Below, piece after piece: positions 52,576-64,000 of a stretch of 64,000 nt of DNA (positions within the stretch are counted from its first letter, which is position 1; every line of letters starts with the position of its first letter). Both the position numbers and the translations under genes were made by a program. The stretch lies in NCBI GenBank assembly GCA_029263115.1, contig JAJCYC010000269.1, positions 930 through 64,929 on the forward strand. The letters run 5' to 3'. Source of the stretch: Pseudonocardia sp. (GTDB lineage: Bacteria; Actinomycetota; Actinomycetes; Mycobacteriales; Pseudonocardiaceae). The notes under the pieces are model-generated. The model ran no database searches, was not told the DNA's origin, and saw only the letters and a list, made by a program, of their open reading frames with translations.

Positions 52576-54372
52576 GTGAGCAGGGTGCTCAACGCGGTGG
52601 CCTGGCCCTACGCCAACGGTCCCCGGCACATCGGCCATGTCTCCGGCTTCGGGGTGCCCTCCGACGTCTTCTCCCGCTACCAGCGGATGGCCGGCAACCA
52701 GGTGCTGATGGTCTCGGGCACCGACGAGCACGGCACCCCGATCCAGGTCCAGGCCGACGCCGAGGGGATGACCCCGCGCCAGCTGGTGGACAAGTACAAC
52801 CGGGTGATCGTGGATGACCTGCAGGGCCTGGGGCTGTCCTACGACCTGTTCACCCGCACGACCACCCGCAACCACTACGCCGTGGTGCAGGACATGTTCC
52901 TGTCGCTGCACCGCAACGGCTACATCGTGCCGAAGACCACGCTCGCCGCGATCAGCCCGTCCACCGGGCGCACCCTGCCGGACCGCTACATCGAGGGCAC
53001 CTGCCCGATCTGCGGCTACGACGGCGCGCGCGGCGACCAGTGTGACAACTGCGGCAACCAGCTCGACCCGGCCGACCTGAGGAACCCGCGCTCGAAGATC
53101 AATGGTGAGACGCCGAAGTTCGTCGAGACCGAGCACCTGTTCCTCGATCTGACGGCGTTCACCGAGTCGCTGGGCAGCTGGCTGGCCGGGCGCACCGACT
53201 GGCGGCCGAACGTGCTGAAGTTCAGCCAGAACCTGCTGGCCGACCTCAAACCCCGGCCGATCACCCGCGATCTGGACTGGGGGGTGCCGGTGCCGCTGGA
53301 CGGCTGGCGCGACCAGCCGATGAAGCGGTTCTACGTCTGGTTCGACGCCTGCATGGGCTACCTCTCGGCATCTGTTGAATGGGCCCGGCGCAGCGGCGAT
53401 CCGGACGCCTGGCGCCAGTTCTGGTGCGACCCGGAGGCGCGGGGCTACTACTTCATGGGCAAGGACAACATCACCTTCCACACGGTGATCTGGCCGGCCA
53501 CCCTGCTCGGGCAGAACGGCGCGGGCGATCGGGGCGGCGAGCCGGGGGCGTTCGGCACGCTGAACCTGCCCGACGAGATCGTCTCCAGCGAGTTCCTGAC
53601 GATGAGCGGTTCGAAGTTCTCCACCAGCCGCGGCACCGTGATCTACGTCGGCAACTTCCTGAAGCAGTTCGGCCCGGACGCGTTGCGCTACTTCATCTCG
53701 GTGGCCGGCCCGGAGAATCAGGACACCGACTTCACCTGGGACGAGTTCGTCCGCCGGACCAACTTCGAGCTGGCCAACGAGTGGGGCAACCTGGTCAACC
53801 GGTCGATCTCGATGGCGCACAAGAACGTCGGATCGGTGCCCAAGGCGTTGACGCCGGCTGATGCCGATCATGAGTTGCTGGCGCTGTCCCGTGCCGCGTT
53901 CGACACGGTCGGTGGGCTACTGGAGCGCAACCGGTTCAAGCAGGCCATCGGCGAGGCGATGCGGGTGGCCGGGGCGGCGAACAAGTACCTGTCCGACCAG
54001 GAGCCGTGGAAGCGCAAGGACGACCCGGACCGCCGCGACACCATCCTGCACACCGCGCTGCAGGTGGTCTCGGACGTGAACACCCTGCTCACCCCGTTCC
54101 TGCCGCACGCCGCCCAGCAGGTGCACGGCGCGCTCGGCGGCGAGGGCGTGTGGGCCGCGCAGCCGGAGGTCCGGGAGGTCGACGAGGACTCCCCGGATGG
54201 CTCGGCCCCGGCCTACCCGGTGCTGATGGGCGACTATGCGAGGGAGGCTGCGGTCTGGGCGTCCAGCCCGATCGAGGTGGGCCGCCCGCTGGCCAAGCCG
54301 TCGCCGCTGTTCGCCAAGCTCGACCCGGAGCTCGGTGAGACCGGCCCGGAGTGGGCACCCGTTGTGCGCTAG
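52576..54372 (+). CDS. metG: Methionine--tRNA ligase
   Basis: 598 aa: [13 protein letters not shown] (HIGH), zinc knuckles CPICGY...CDNCG, KFSTSRG (KMSKS). Confidence 0.95.
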   Translation: MSRVLNAVAWPYANGPRHIGHVSGFGVPSDVFSRYQRMAGNQVLMVSGTDEHGTPIQVQADAEGMTPRQLVDKYNRVIVDDLQGLGLSYDLFTRTTTRNHYAVVQDMFLSLHRNGYIVPKTTLAAISPSTGRTLPDRYIEGTCPICGYDGARGDQCDNCGNQLDPADLRNPRSKINGETPKFVETEHLFLDLTAFTESLGSWLAGRTDWRPNVLKFSQNLLADLKPRPITRDLDWGVPVPLDGWRDQPMKRFYVWFDACMGYLSASVEWARRSGDPDAWRQFWCDPEARGYYFMGKDNITFHTVIWPATLLGQNGAGDRGGEPGAFGTLNLPDEIVSSEFLTMSGSKFSTSRGTVIYVGNFLKQFGPDALRYFISVAGPENQDTDFTWDEFVRRTNFELANEWGNLVNRSISMAHKNVGSVPKALTPADADHELLALSRAAFDTVGGLLERNRFKQAIGEAMRVAGAANKYLSDQEPWKRKDDPDRRDTILHTALQVVSDVNTLLTPFLPHAAQQVHGALGGEGVWAAQPEVREVDEDSPDGSAPAYPVLMGDYAREAAVWASSPIEVGRPLAKPSPLFAKLDPELGETGPEWAPVVR

Positions 54373-54432
54373 TGCGTCCGCGAGTGGCGAGTGCGGCCAT
54401 AGCCGCAGTCGCCACCCACGAGGCCGGAGGCC

Positions 54433-55293
54433 ATGAGCGAGCGCGCGCGCCGGGAACGCCCGCCGGCGCCCGAGCCGCTGCTCGCCCCGGTGCTGGACGC
54501 GCACACCCACCTGGACGCGGCCGCCGGGCGGACGGCCCAGGACGTGCGGGCGGCGATGGACCGGGCCGAGGCGGTCGGTGTGGTCGCTGCGGTGACCGTG
54601 GCCGACGACCTCGACGCCGCGCGCTGGACGGTGGAGGCGGCCGGGTGGGACCACCGGGTGGTGGCCGCCGTCGCGCTGCACCCGACCCGGGCGAACGTGC
54701 TGGACGACGCGGCCCGGGCCGAGATCGAGCGGCTGGCCGCCGCCGAGCGGGTGGTCGCGGTGGGCGAGACCGGTCTGGACTACCACTGGCCCGGCAAGCT
54801 GGAGGGCTGCGCCGAGCCGGCCGAGCAGCGCGCGGCGTTCGCCTGGCACATCGACCTGGCCAAGCGGTTGGGCAAGCCGTTGATGATCCACGACCGGGAC
54901 GCCCACGACGACGTGCTCGCAGTGCTTGCCGCCGAGGGTGCCCCGGAGACGGTGGTCTTCCACTGCTTCTCCGGCGACGCCGCGATGGCCGGGCGCTGCG
55001 CGGACGCCGGATACGTCATGTCGTTCGCCGGCCCGGTCACTTTCCGTAACTCCCGGGAGCTCCGGGAGGCCGCCGCGCTGGCGCCGGCCGAGCTGCTGCT
55101 GGTGGAGACCGACGCCCCGTACCTGACCCCGCACCCGCACCGGGGCCGGGCCAACGAACCGTACTGCCTGCCCTGGACGGTGCGCGGGCTCGCCGAGGTC
55201 CGGCAGGTCGATGAACGGCGACTCGCCGACACCGTCCGGGAGAACGCCGAGCGGGTCTTCCGGCTCGCCGAACTGATCTCGACGACTACCTAG
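54433..55293 (+). CDS. tatD: TatD-family metal-dependent hydrolase
   Basis: LDAHTHLD...AVGETGLDYHW...PLMIHDRDAHDDV...VFHCFSGD...LLVETDAPYLTPHPHRG. Confidence 0.9.
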   Translation: MSERARRERPPAPEPLLAPVLDAHTHLDAAAGRTAQDVRAAMDRAEAVGVVAAVTVADDLDAARWTVEAAGWDHRVVAAVALHPTRANVLDDAARAEIERLAAAERVVAVGETGLDYHWPGKLEGCAEPAEQRAAFAWHIDLAKRLGKPLMIHDRDAHDDVLAVLAAEGAPETVVFHCFSGDAAMAGRCADAGYVMSFAGPVTFRNSRELREAAALAPAELLLVETDAPYLTPHPHRGRANEPYCLPWTVRGLAEVRQVDERRLADTVRENAERVFRLAELISTTT

Positions 55294-55363
55294 CGTGGCG
55301 TAGCGGAGCGTAGTCGCACGGTTCGTCTCAGTAATCAAGCCGCTCGTCGCAACCACCGCCTGA

Positions 55364-56635
<1,272 letters not shown>

Positions 56636-56639
56636 GCAC

Positions 56640-57539
56640 GTGCTGCCCGGTCCGGCCGAGCCCGCGATGCTCGGTCCGGCTGAGGTACGCCGGCTGGCCG
56701 AGCGGCTCGACCTGCGTCCCACCAAGCGCCTCGGCCAGAACTTCGTGCACGACGCCAACACGGTGCGCCGGATCGCCCGGCTGGCCGCGCTGACCCCGGA
56801 CGACGTGGTGCTGGAGATCGGGCCCGGGCTGGGGTCGCTCACCCTGGCCCTGCTCGCCGACGCACCGGCCGCCCGGGTGCTCGCGGTGGAGATCGACCCC
56901 CGGCTGGCCGCGGCGCTGTCCGGGACGGTGGCCGAACGGTCCCCGGATGCCGCCGCCCGGCTCACCGTGCTCACCCTCGACGCGCTCGCGCTGCGCCCGG
57001 CCGACCTGCCCGAGGGGCTGCCGTGGCCGACGGTGCTGGTGGCGAACCTGCCCTACAACGTCGGGGTGCCGGTGCTGCTGACGGTCCTGGCGCGGTTGCC
57101 CTCGGTGTGTCGCGGCCTGGTCATGGTGCAGGCCGAGGTGGTCGACCGGTTGGCCGCGGCGCCCGGAAGCCGCGCCTACGGCGCGCCCAGCGCCAAGCTG
57201 GCCTGGTACGCCGAGGCCCGGCGGGCCGGCCCGGTGCCCCGGGCGGTGTTCTGGCCGGTGCCCGGGGTGGACTCCGCGTTGCTGGCGTTCAGCTGCCGGG
57301 ACCAGCCGGCCCCGGACGGCGCCGAGGTGGTCCGGGAAGAGGTGTTCGCACTGGTGGACGCGGCGTTCGCGCAGCGGCGCAAGGCCCTGCGGTCGGCGCT
57401 GGCCGGCCATTTCGGGTCCACGGGAGCCTGCGAGGAGGCACTGCTGGCCGCCGGGATCGACCCGATGACCAGGGCCGAGCAGCTTTCGGTGGCCGACTTC
57501 GCCCGGATCGCCCGCGGGCCCCACCAGGCACGCAACTAG
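56640..57539 (+). CDS. rsmA: 16S rRNA (adenine1518/1519-N6)-dimethyltransferase
   Basis: In ORF 56412..57539. Start at GTG 56640 or ATG 56667. RPTKRLGQNFVHDANTVRRI...VLEIGPGLGSLT...VANLPYNVGVP. Confidence 0.9.
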   Translation: MLPGPAEPAMLGPAEVRRLAERLDLRPTKRLGQNFVHDANTVRRIARLAALTPDDVVLEIGPGLGSLTLALLADAPAARVLAVEIDPRLAAALSGTVAERSPDAAARLTVLTLDALALRPADLPEGLPWPTVLVANLPYNVGVPVLLTVLARLPSVCRGLVMVQAEVVDRLAAAPGSRAYGAPSAKLAWYAEARRAGPVPRAVFWPVPGVDSALLAFSCRDQPAPDGAEVVREEVFALVDAAFAQRRKALRSALAGHFGSTGACEEALLAAGIDPMTRAEQLSVADFARIARGPHQARN

Positions 57540-57548
57540 GGTTGCGGG

Positions 57549-58550
57549 GTGCTCGCCGTCGTCCCACCACCGGTCACCGTCCGGGTTCCGGCCAAGGTGA
57601 ACCTGCACCTCGCCGTCGGCGACACCCGCCCGGACGGGTTCCACGACCTGATCACCGTGTTCCACGCGGTGAGCCTGTTCGACGAGGTGACCGTGGCGGC
57701 CACCGACCAGCCCGGGGTCGAGGTGTTCGGCGAGGGTGCCGGGGGCAGCGCCGTCGAGGTGCCGGCCGACGAGCGGAACCTGGCCTGGCGGGCGGTGCTC
57801 GCCCTGGCCCGGCACGTCGGACGGGAGCCGCTGGTGCGGGTGGTGCTGCGCAAGGCGATCCCGGTGGCCGGCGGGATGGCCGGCGGCAGCGCGGACGCGG
57901 CGGCCACTCTGGTGGGGCTGGCCGCGCTGTGGAAGCTGGACCTGCCGCGCGACCAGCTGGCACCGCTGGCCGCCGAGCTGGGTAGCGACGTCACCTTCGC
58001 GCTGCACGGTGGCACCGCGCTGGGCACCGGGCGGGGTGAGCGCCTGGTGCCGGTGCTGACCCGGCACAGCGTGCATTGGGTGATCGCGCTGCACCACCGG
58101 GGCCTGGCCACCCCGGCGGTGTTCGCCGAGCTGGACCGCCTTCGTGGGGTGTCCGGCTCGCCCACCACGCCGCCCCGCGCGGGGGCGGTCGAGCCGGTCC
58201 TGGAGGCGCTCTCCGGTGGTGACCCCCGGCAGTTGGCGCTGCTGCTGGGCAACGATCTGCAGGCCGCCGCGGTGAGCCTGGAGCCGACCCTGCGCCGCAC
58301 CCTGCGGGCCGGGGTGGAGGCGGGCGCGCTGGCCGGCATCGTCTCCGGCTCCGGGCCGAGCTGCGCGTTCCTGTGCTCCGACGAGGCGGCCGCGGTGGCG
58401 GTGGCCGCCGAGCTGGCCGGTGCCGGGGTCTGTCGCGGTGTGCGGGTGGCGAACGGGCCGGTGCCCGGTGCCCGGGTGGTGGAGGATCCGGAACCGGCGC
58501 CCAGCGGCGCGCCGCCGTCCGCCCCACCGCCCGCGCCGGGTTGGGCGTAG
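57549..58550 (+). CDS. ispE: 4-diphosphocytidyl-2-C-methyl-D-erythritol kinase
   Basis: [37 protein letters not shown]...[18 protein letters not shown]...[10 protein letters not shown]. Confidence 0.9.
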   Translation: MLAVVPPPVTVRVPAKVNLHLAVGDTRPDGFHDLITVFHAVSLFDEVTVAATDQPGVEVFGEGAGGSAVEVPADERNLAWRAVLALARHVGREPLVRVVLRKAIPVAGGMAGGSADAAATLVGLAALWKLDLPRDQLAPLAAELGSDVTFALHGGTALGTGRGERLVPVLTRHSVHWVIALHHRGLATPAVFAELDRLRGVSGSPTTPPRAGAVEPVLEALSGGDPRQLALLLGNDLQAAAVSLEPTLRRTLRAGVEAGALAGIVSGSGPSCAFLCSDEAAAVAVAAELAGAGVCRGVRVANGPVPGARVVEDPEPAPSGAPPSAPPPAPGWA

Positions 58551-58556
58551 CCGCCG

Positions 58557-60476
58557 GTGGCCGAGCGCAAGGTGACGAACCTGGTCAACCTCGAGGCGGT
58601 GACCGCGACGGTGCCGGGTGACGGTTCCCGGGTGCTGCTGGACGCGGTGTCGCTGGGGGTGGCGGCCGGCGAGCGGGTCGGCGTGGTCGGGCTCAACGGC
58701 GGCGGCAAGACCACCCTGCTGGAGGTGCTCACCGGGGTCCGCACGCCGGACTCCGGGCGGGTCAGCTCGGTGCGCGGGCTGCGTACCGCGGTGGTCACCC
58801 AGCGCACCGAGCTGCCGCCCGGCGCCGGCGTACGGGAGGTGGTGCTGGCCGGTCTCGGGGTGTCGGTCGACGCCGGTGAGCACGAGTGGGCGGCCGACCC
58901 GAGGGTGCGTACGGTGCTGGGCGGTCTGGGCCTGCTCGCCGACGGCGGTGGCGTGCTGGAGCGCACGGTGGACGGGATGTCCGGCGGTGAGCGCCGCCGG
59001 GTGGCGCTGGCCGCCGCGCTGGTCGGCGAGCTCGACCTGCTGGTGCTGGACGAGCCGACCAACCACCTCGACCTGGAGGGCATCGCCTGGCTGGCGTCGC
59101 ACCTGGTGGCCCGACGCTGCGCGCTGGTGGTGGTGACCCACGACCGGTGGTTCCTGGACGTGGTGTGCACCCGAACCTGGGAGGTCGCGCAGGGGCGGGT
59201 GGAGTCCTACCTGGGCGGCTACGCGGACTGGGTGTACGCCCGTGCCGAGCGGTCCCGGCAGGCCGACGCGGCCGAGGAGCGGCGGCGCAACCTGGCCCGC
59301 AAGGAGCTGGCCTGGCTGCGCAGGGGCGCCCCGGCCCGCACGTCAAAGCCCAGGTTCCGGATCGAGGCCGCCGAGGCGCTGATCTCGGACGTGCCGGCAC
59401 CGCGCAACGACCCGGAGCTGCTGGCGTTCGCGTCGGCGCGGTTGGGCAAGACCGTGCTGGAGCTGGAGGACGCGGTGCTGCGGGTCCCCGGGACCCGGTC
59501 GGGGCCGGACGAGCCGGCCGGGCGCACCCTGCTCGACCGGGGCACCTGGCGGATCGGGCCGGGCGACCGGGTCGGCCTGGTCGGGGTGAACGGCTCGGGC
59601 AAGACCTCCCTGCTGCGCGCGCTGACCGGGCAGCGGGCGCTGGACGGCGGCCGGCTGGTCACCGGGAAGACCGTGCGGCTGGCGCACCTGACCCAGGAAC
59701 TACCGGTATCGACGCTCGACTCGGCAAGCTCGTCTTCGGGCGTGCCGGGGCACCTGCGGGTGTTGGAGGCCGTCGAGCAGGTGGCCCGCTACGTGACGGT
59801 CGGGAAGTACGAGCTGACCGCGTCCTCGATGCTGGAGCGGCTGGGCTTCCCGGCCGACCGGCAGTGGACGCCGGTGGCCGAGCTCTCCGGTGGCGAGCGG
59901 CGGCGGCTGCAGCTGACCCGGCTGCTGATGGACGAGCCCAACGTGCTGGTGCTCGACGAGCCGACCAACGACCTGGACATCGACACCCTGCAACGGCTGG
60001 AGGACCTGCTCGACGGCTGGCCGGGCACCATGCTGGTGGTCAGCCACGACCGGTACCTGATCGAGCGGGTGTGCGACACGGTCGTCGCGCTGTTCGGCGA
60101 CGGCCGGCTCACCCACCTGCCCGGTGGCATCGAGGAGTACCTCACCAGGCGGGCCGCGATGTCCGACCCCGGCGCGTCCGCGCGAGCGCGGGAACGGCCC
60201 GCAGCCGGGACCGGGCGGACCGAACGGGCCCCGCGCGCGGACGACGGGGCGAGCTCGGCGGCCGAACAGCGGGAAGCGCGCAAGCAGGCCAAACGCCTGG
60301 AGCGGCGGCTGGAGTTGCTCGTGGCCAGGGAGACCGAGCTGCACGACGCGCTGGTGGACGCGTCCACCGACGGCCCCCGGCTGCTGGCTCTGGACGCCGA
60401 GCTGCGCGACGTGCTCGCCGAGCGCGGCCGGGTCGAGGAAGAGTGGCTGCTGGCCGCCGAGCTGGCCGAGAGCTGA
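58557..60476 (+). CDS. ABC-F family ATPase (two ABC domains, no TM domain)
   Basis: Walker A GLNGGGKTT and GVNGSGKTS, signatures MSGGERRRV and LSGGERRRL, and a C-terminal coiled-coil tail. Confidence 0.9.
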   Translation: MAERKVTNLVNLEAVTATVPGDGSRVLLDAVSLGVAAGERVGVVGLNGGGKTTLLEVLTGVRTPDSGRVSSVRGLRTAVVTQRTELPPGAGVREVVLAGLGVSVDAGEHEWAADPRVRTVLGGLGLLADGGGVLERTVDGMSGGERRRVALAAALVGELDLLVLDEPTNHLDLEGIAWLASHLVARRCALVVVTHDRWFLDVVCTRTWEVAQGRVESYLGGYADWVYARAERSRQADAAEERRRNLARKELAWLRRGAPARTSKPRFRIEAAEALISDVPAPRNDPELLAFASARLGKTVLELEDAVLRVPGTRSGPDEPAGRTLLDRGTWRIGPGDRVGLVGVNGSGKTSLLRALTGQRALDGGRLVTGKTVRLAHLTQELPVSTLDSASSSSGVPGHLRVLEAVEQVARYVTVGKYELTASSMLERLGFPADRQWTPVAELSGGERRRLQLTRLLMDEPNVLVLDEPTNDLDIDTLQRLEDLLDGWPGTMLVVSHDRYLIERVCDTVVALFGDGRLTHLPGGIEEYLTRRAAMSDPGASARARERPAAGTGRTERAPRADDGASSAAEQREARKQAKRLERRLELLVARETELHDALVDASTDGPRLLALDAELRDVLAERGRVEEEWLLAAELAES

Positions 60477-60607
60477 CCGTCGCTCCCGGACCGCGGTCAG
60501 CTCCCGTAGCGCGGCGTTGACCGTGTCGACCTTGGTCGTGCTCCTCACCGGCTACTGATCGCTGGAACAGGTGTACCGGCCGGCCCGGACATGGCAGCCT
60601 GATCAGC

Positions 60608-61051
60608 ATGCTGCTGGAGATCCGCGGCCATCACCTGCCCGGCCGGCACTGGCATCTGGACGGCGAACCGTGCGACAACGTGCACGTCGGCGTCCAGGTC
60701 GGTCGAGAGCCGTATGGTCTGGTACGCGCCGACAGCGAGCGGGCGAGCTGGACGGTGCCGGTCGAGGTGCTGGAGCGCGACGGTGACATCGACTACCGGG
60801 GGCGCGCGGTACAGGGGCGGCGTGGCGCCCGCTTCGTGTACCTCACCTGGGGAAACGTCGGTGGTGACGGATCGTTCACCATGTTCCGCCGGGCGAAGCT
60901 GATGCTGGCCGTGCTACGGCCGCTGTTGTCGAAGGCCGGTTCGGACGGTCGGGTGGTGGCCGACGTGCACCTCACCGACGAGTGCGGCGGCCCCCGCTGC
61001 GCCCGGTTGGCCGCTCCGGCGCTGACCCTGGCAGTGGCCGGCCACGACTGA
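60608..61051 (+). CDS. Conserved hypothetical protein (possibly DUF5990-like)
   Basis: 147 aa with high GC3: MLLEIRGHHLPGR...VHVGVQVGREP...GRRGARFVYLTWGNVGGDGSFTMFRRAKLML. The family name is from memory only. Confidence 0.5.
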   Translation: MLLEIRGHHLPGRHWHLDGEPCDNVHVGVQVGREPYGLVRADSERASWTVPVEVLERDGDIDYRGRAVQGRRGARFVYLTWGNVGGDGSFTMFRRAKLMLAVLRPLLSKAGSDGRVVADVHLTDECGGPRCARLAAPALTLAVAGHD

Positions 61052-61071
61052 TCAGGTCGGGTCGGGCCCGG

Positions 61072-63282
61072 TCAGTCCTCGTCGTCGTCCTCGTCACCCT
61101 CGTCCTCGTCACCCTCGTCGTCGTCATCATCTCCGTCGTCCTCGTCGTCCTCGTCGTCCTCGTCGTCCCCGGAGCCCTTGGCCTCCACCTTGCCTCCGTC
61201 GGTGTACTCCGGGCCGGCTTTCGGCAGCGGGATGACCGGCAGGCTGCGGTGCAGCGGCGACATGGTGGCGAACCAGGTGGCGGCCGGGATGGTGGCACCG
61301 AACAGGTTGCCGCTGCCGCACAGCCGCGGCGGGTTGACGCAGACCGGGCGCGGCTGCACCCCGTCCGACCAGGTGATCACCGCGCCGGCCAGCTGCGGGG
61401 TTGCTCCGACGAACGCGCTGGACTTGCTGTCCTGGGTGGTGCCGGTCTTGCCGAGCATGGGCCGCTGCCAGCCGGCCGCGCCCGCCGGCTTGGTCGCCGT
61501 GCCCCCGGTGGTGTCGGTGCTCAGGCCGTCGACCAGTGCGTCGGCAAGCCCGGGTGACACCGCCTCCGCGCAGGGTTCCTCGGTGAGCGCCACCGGGGCG
61601 CCACGGGAGTCCTCCACGGCGGTGATCGGGGTCGGTGGGCACCACCGGCCCTTGCTCATCAGGGTGGCGGCCACGTTCGCCAGCTCCAGCGGGCTGGCCG
61701 GCACCGGACCGAGGGTGAACGACGCGCGCTGGTCCGACCTCACCGCCTCCCCGACGGTGCCACCCTGGGAGTCCGGCACCTTCAGGCTCTCGCGCATGCC
61801 CAGCGCCCAGGCCATGTCCACGATCGGCGTGATCGAGCCGATGTGGTCCTCCAGCGCGACGAACGCGGTGTTCGGCGAGGACGCGAGCGCCTGCTGCAGC
61901 GACATCTCGCCCTGGTAGTCGCCGGCGTTCTTCACCGTGTACGGCTCGCCGGCGTTGCGGAACACCCGCGAGGTGTACTTCTCCGGCACGTCCAGTTCGG
62001 TGTTGAGGTTGACCCCCTGGCGCAGCGCGGCGGCCGCGGTGAAGATCTTGTAGACCGAGCCGGCACCGTGCGGGGCCGGCGCCGAGGCGATCGGGTACGA
62101 GGTCTGCCCGGCGGCGGCGTTCGGGCCGAAGTCGCGGTTGGCGGCCAGCGCCACCACCGGATGCCGGTCGGCTCCCGGCGCGACGATCGCGATGGCGTTC
62201 GCGATGCCCTTGACGGCCGGAACCGGCACCTGCCGGGTGGCAGCCTGGTCGGCGACCCGGGAGGTGTCCAGGTCGAGGCTGGTGCGCACGATGTAGCCGC
62301 CGGTCTGCAGCTTGGTCAGCGGCACCCCGGTCGAGGCCAGGTAGTCCAGGGTGTAGGCGCAGAACAGGCCGGTGGCCGGCTCGGCCGCGGCGCAGCCGGA
62401 CCCCGTACGGGCCAGCGGGATGCGGATGCCGAGCGGAGCGGCGTTCGCGGCGTCCTGCTCGGCGGGGGTGATCATGCCGGACTCACGCATCAGGGCGAGC
62501 ACGACGCTGCGCCGCACCTGCGCCTCCCGGGGTTTCTTCACCGGGTCGAACGCCGTCGGCGACTTGATCATGCCGGCGAGCAGGGCCGCCTGCGGGACGG
62601 TCAGCGCTTCCGGCTCCACCCCGAAGTAGGTGTTGGCCGCGGTGCGGATGCCGTATGCCTTGTTGCCGAAGTACACCGCGTTCAGGTAGCGGGTGAGGAT
62701 CTCCTCCTTGGCGGTGCGCTGCTCCACGGTGAGCGCGAGCTGGACGTCCAGCAGCTTGCGGCCCACGTTGTCCGCGACCGCGGCGTCCTGCTGCTCCTCG
62801 GTGTCGGCCACCGCGTAGAGCCGGTGGTTCTTCACGTACTGCATGGTGATCGTGGAGGCGCCCTGCCCGGAGAGCGGATCGCCGGAGGAGACCGCGTTGT
62901 CCAGCATCGCCCGGCCCACGCCATACCAGTCCACGCCGCGGTGCTCGTAGAACCGGCGGTCCTCCACCGCCACCACGGCCTTGCGGATCGCGTCGCCGGT
63001 CTGCTCGGTGGTGGCGGTGAGCCGGTACTGCTTGTCGTAGATCCGGGCGAACGGCCGCCCCCGCGAGTCGAGCAGGGTGGAGGCCACCGGCAGCGTACGG
63101 TTGCTCTGGTCGACGGCCGGGGCGGTGTCCAGCAGCCCCTCGAAGCTCTGCCAGGCGCCACCGACCGGGATCAGCACGGCGCTGGCCGCCAGGACGCCGA
63201 CCAGCGCTGAGGCCCCGGCCAACCGGGCAATACGACCGATCATGGCAACCCATCCGGCGACCAGCCCACCTGGTCTCGTCAC
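61072..63282 (-). CDS. Class A penicillin-binding protein (GT51 transglycosylase plus transpeptidase) with poly-acidic C-terminal tail
   Basis: 736 aa: AVVAVEDRRFYEHRGVDW, GASTITMQYVKN, RKLLDVQLAL (GT51); SVYKIF (SxxK), SSPN (SxN), KTGTT (KTG). The tail is GDDEDDEDDEDDGDDDDDEGDEDEGDEDDDED. Confidence 0.9.
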   Translation of the reverse strand: MTRPGGLVAGWVAMIGRIARLAGASALVGVLAASAVLIPVGGAWQSFEGLLDTAPAVDQSNRTLPVASTLLDSRGRPFARIYDKQYRLTATTEQTGDAIRKAVVAVEDRRFYEHRGVDWYGVGRAMLDNAVSSGDPLSGQGASTITMQYVKNHRLYAVADTEEQQDAAVADNVGRKLLDVQLALTVEQRTAKEEILTRYLNAVYFGNKAYGIRTAANTYFGVEPEALTVPQAALLAGMIKSPTAFDPVKKPREAQVRRSVVLALMRESGMITPAEQDAANAAPLGIRIPLARTGSGCAAAEPATGLFCAYTLDYLASTGVPLTKLQTGGYIVRTSLDLDTSRVADQAATRQVPVPAVKGIANAIAIVAPGADRHPVVALAANRDFGPNAAAGQTSYPIASAPAPHGAGSVYKIFTAAAALRQGVNLNTELDVPEKYTSRVFRNAGEPYTVKNAGDYQGEMSLQQALASSPNTAFVALEDHIGSITPIVDMAWALGMRESLKVPDSQGGTVGEAVRSDQRASFTLGPVPASPLELANVAATLMSKGRWCPPTPITAVEDSRGAPVALTEEPCAEAVSPGLADALVDGLSTDTTGGTATKPAGAAGWQRPMLGKTGTTQDSKSSAFVGATPQLAGAVITWSDGVQPRPVCVNPPRLCGSGNLFGATIPAATWFATMSPLHRSLPVIPLPKAGPEYTDGGKVEAKGSGDDEDDEDDEDDGDDDDDEGDEDEGDEDDDED

Positions 63283-63303
63283 CGGACGATACCCGCCCGT
63301 CCG

Positions 63304-64000
63304 CTACCGCAGCTCGGTGAGCAGCAGTGCTTCGGCCAACACCGCCGTGGCGAACATGTCCAGCGAGAGGCTCTCGTCGATCCCGTGCCAGCGGCTCGCC
63401 GGGTCGCCGACCCCGGTGACCAGCACCGCGGCTCCCGGGAACGCCCGGGCGAACTCGGCGATGAACGGGATCGAGCCGCCGATGCCCATCTCCACCGCCG
63501 CGTTGCCGTAGGCCTGCCCGAACGTCCGCCGCGCCGCGTCGTACACCGCGCCGACCGCGTCCAGCTCGAACGGGGCGGCCGCCGCCCCCGGGGTCACCGT
63601 CACCCGGGCACCCCACGGCGTGTGCGCCCGCAGGTGCCCGGTCAGCTGGGCCTGCGCGCGGGACGGGTCGTCGCCCGGCGCCAGCCGCAGGCTCACCGCC
63701 GCCCGGGCGCGCGGCAGCAGCACGTTCGCCGCCCGGTCCACCGGCGGCGCGTCGATGCCCAGCACCGCGATGGCCGGGGAGTACCACAGTCGCTCGGGCA
63801 GCGTGCCCGCCCCGATCAGCTCCACCCCGTCGAGCACCCCGGCGTCGCAGCGGAACGTGGCCTCGTCGAAGTCGGGGGAGTCCGAGGACCGGACGACCAG
63901 ACCGGGCACCGCGACCCGGCCCTTGTCGTCGTGCAGCGTGGCCATCAGCCGGCACAGCGCGGTCAGCGCGTCGCCCAGCGGGCCCCCATACACCCCGGAG
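63304..64000 (-). CDS. M20-family peptidase/dipeptidase, C-terminal part (5' end off the window)
   Basis: The frame stays open to the window edge. ...GVYGGPLGDALTALCRLMATLHDDKGRVAVPGL...GIGGSIPFIAEF...GVGDPASRWHGIDESLSL is typical of the M20 dimerisation and C-terminal catalytic regions. Confidence 0.75.
   Translation of the reverse strand, partial: SGVYGGPLGDALTALCRLMATLHDDKGRVAVPGLVVRSSDSPDFDEATFRCDAGVLDGVELIGAGTLPERLWYSPAIAVLGIDAPPVDRAANVLLPRARAAVSLRLAPGDDPSRAQAQLTGHLRAHTPWGARVTVTPGAAAAPFELDAVGAVYDAARRTFGQAYGNAAVEMGIGGSIPFIAEFARAFPGAAVLVTGVGDPASRWHGIDESLSLDMFATAVLAEALLLTELR

Noticed and set aside
52538-52579. 13-codon uORF ([13 protein letters not shown]) whose stop overlaps the metG GTG start
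   Set aside because: It has no Met codons beyond the start, no obvious attenuator structure and no RBS. It is probably a chance ORF.

Overview
High-GC (about 70+ %) actinobacterial chromosomal segment. The gene order matches what I recall of the Mycobacterium tuberculosis Rv0981-Rv1011 region: mprA-mprB-pepD, moaB, mscL, SAF protein, FmdB, 5-FTHF cyclo-ligase, galU, moeA, rimJ, membrane protein, then pmt, rsmI, metG, tatD, rpfB-ksgA-ispE. Lineage-specific blocks interrupt this backbone. (1) 7.1-12.0 kb holds a hyaluronan-synthase/NodC-like GT2 fused to a doubly anchored beta-helix domain, coupled to an AlgE/AlgG-type C5-epimerase-like lipoprotein; this is my best candidate for an undescribed exopolysaccharide system. 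(2) 17.8-25.1 kb holds a methyltransferase/DUF2064/GT2 operon, a two-component system, a cytochrome-b/molybdopterin oxidoreductase fusion and a zinc-ribbon epimerase, all between pepD and moaB. (3) 25.9-28.1 kb holds a 5'-truncated group II intron remnant with an intact-looking domain V, a degenerate HNH gene and an FAD oxidoreductase. (4) After tRNA-Ala(CGC) lies a roughly 11 kb variable block. It includes a four-gene, 4-nt-overlapping operon (response regulator, kinase, DUF4153-like membrane protein, antitoxin-less PIN protein), cbtBA, ArsR, CsbD and metallophosphoesterase genes. The window also contains many eroded gene fragments, two apparent frameshifts and many short tandem duplications. 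No rRNA or CRISPR array was seen. All calls come from reading the sequence and ORF translations by eye; family names rest on remembered motifs, not on searches.
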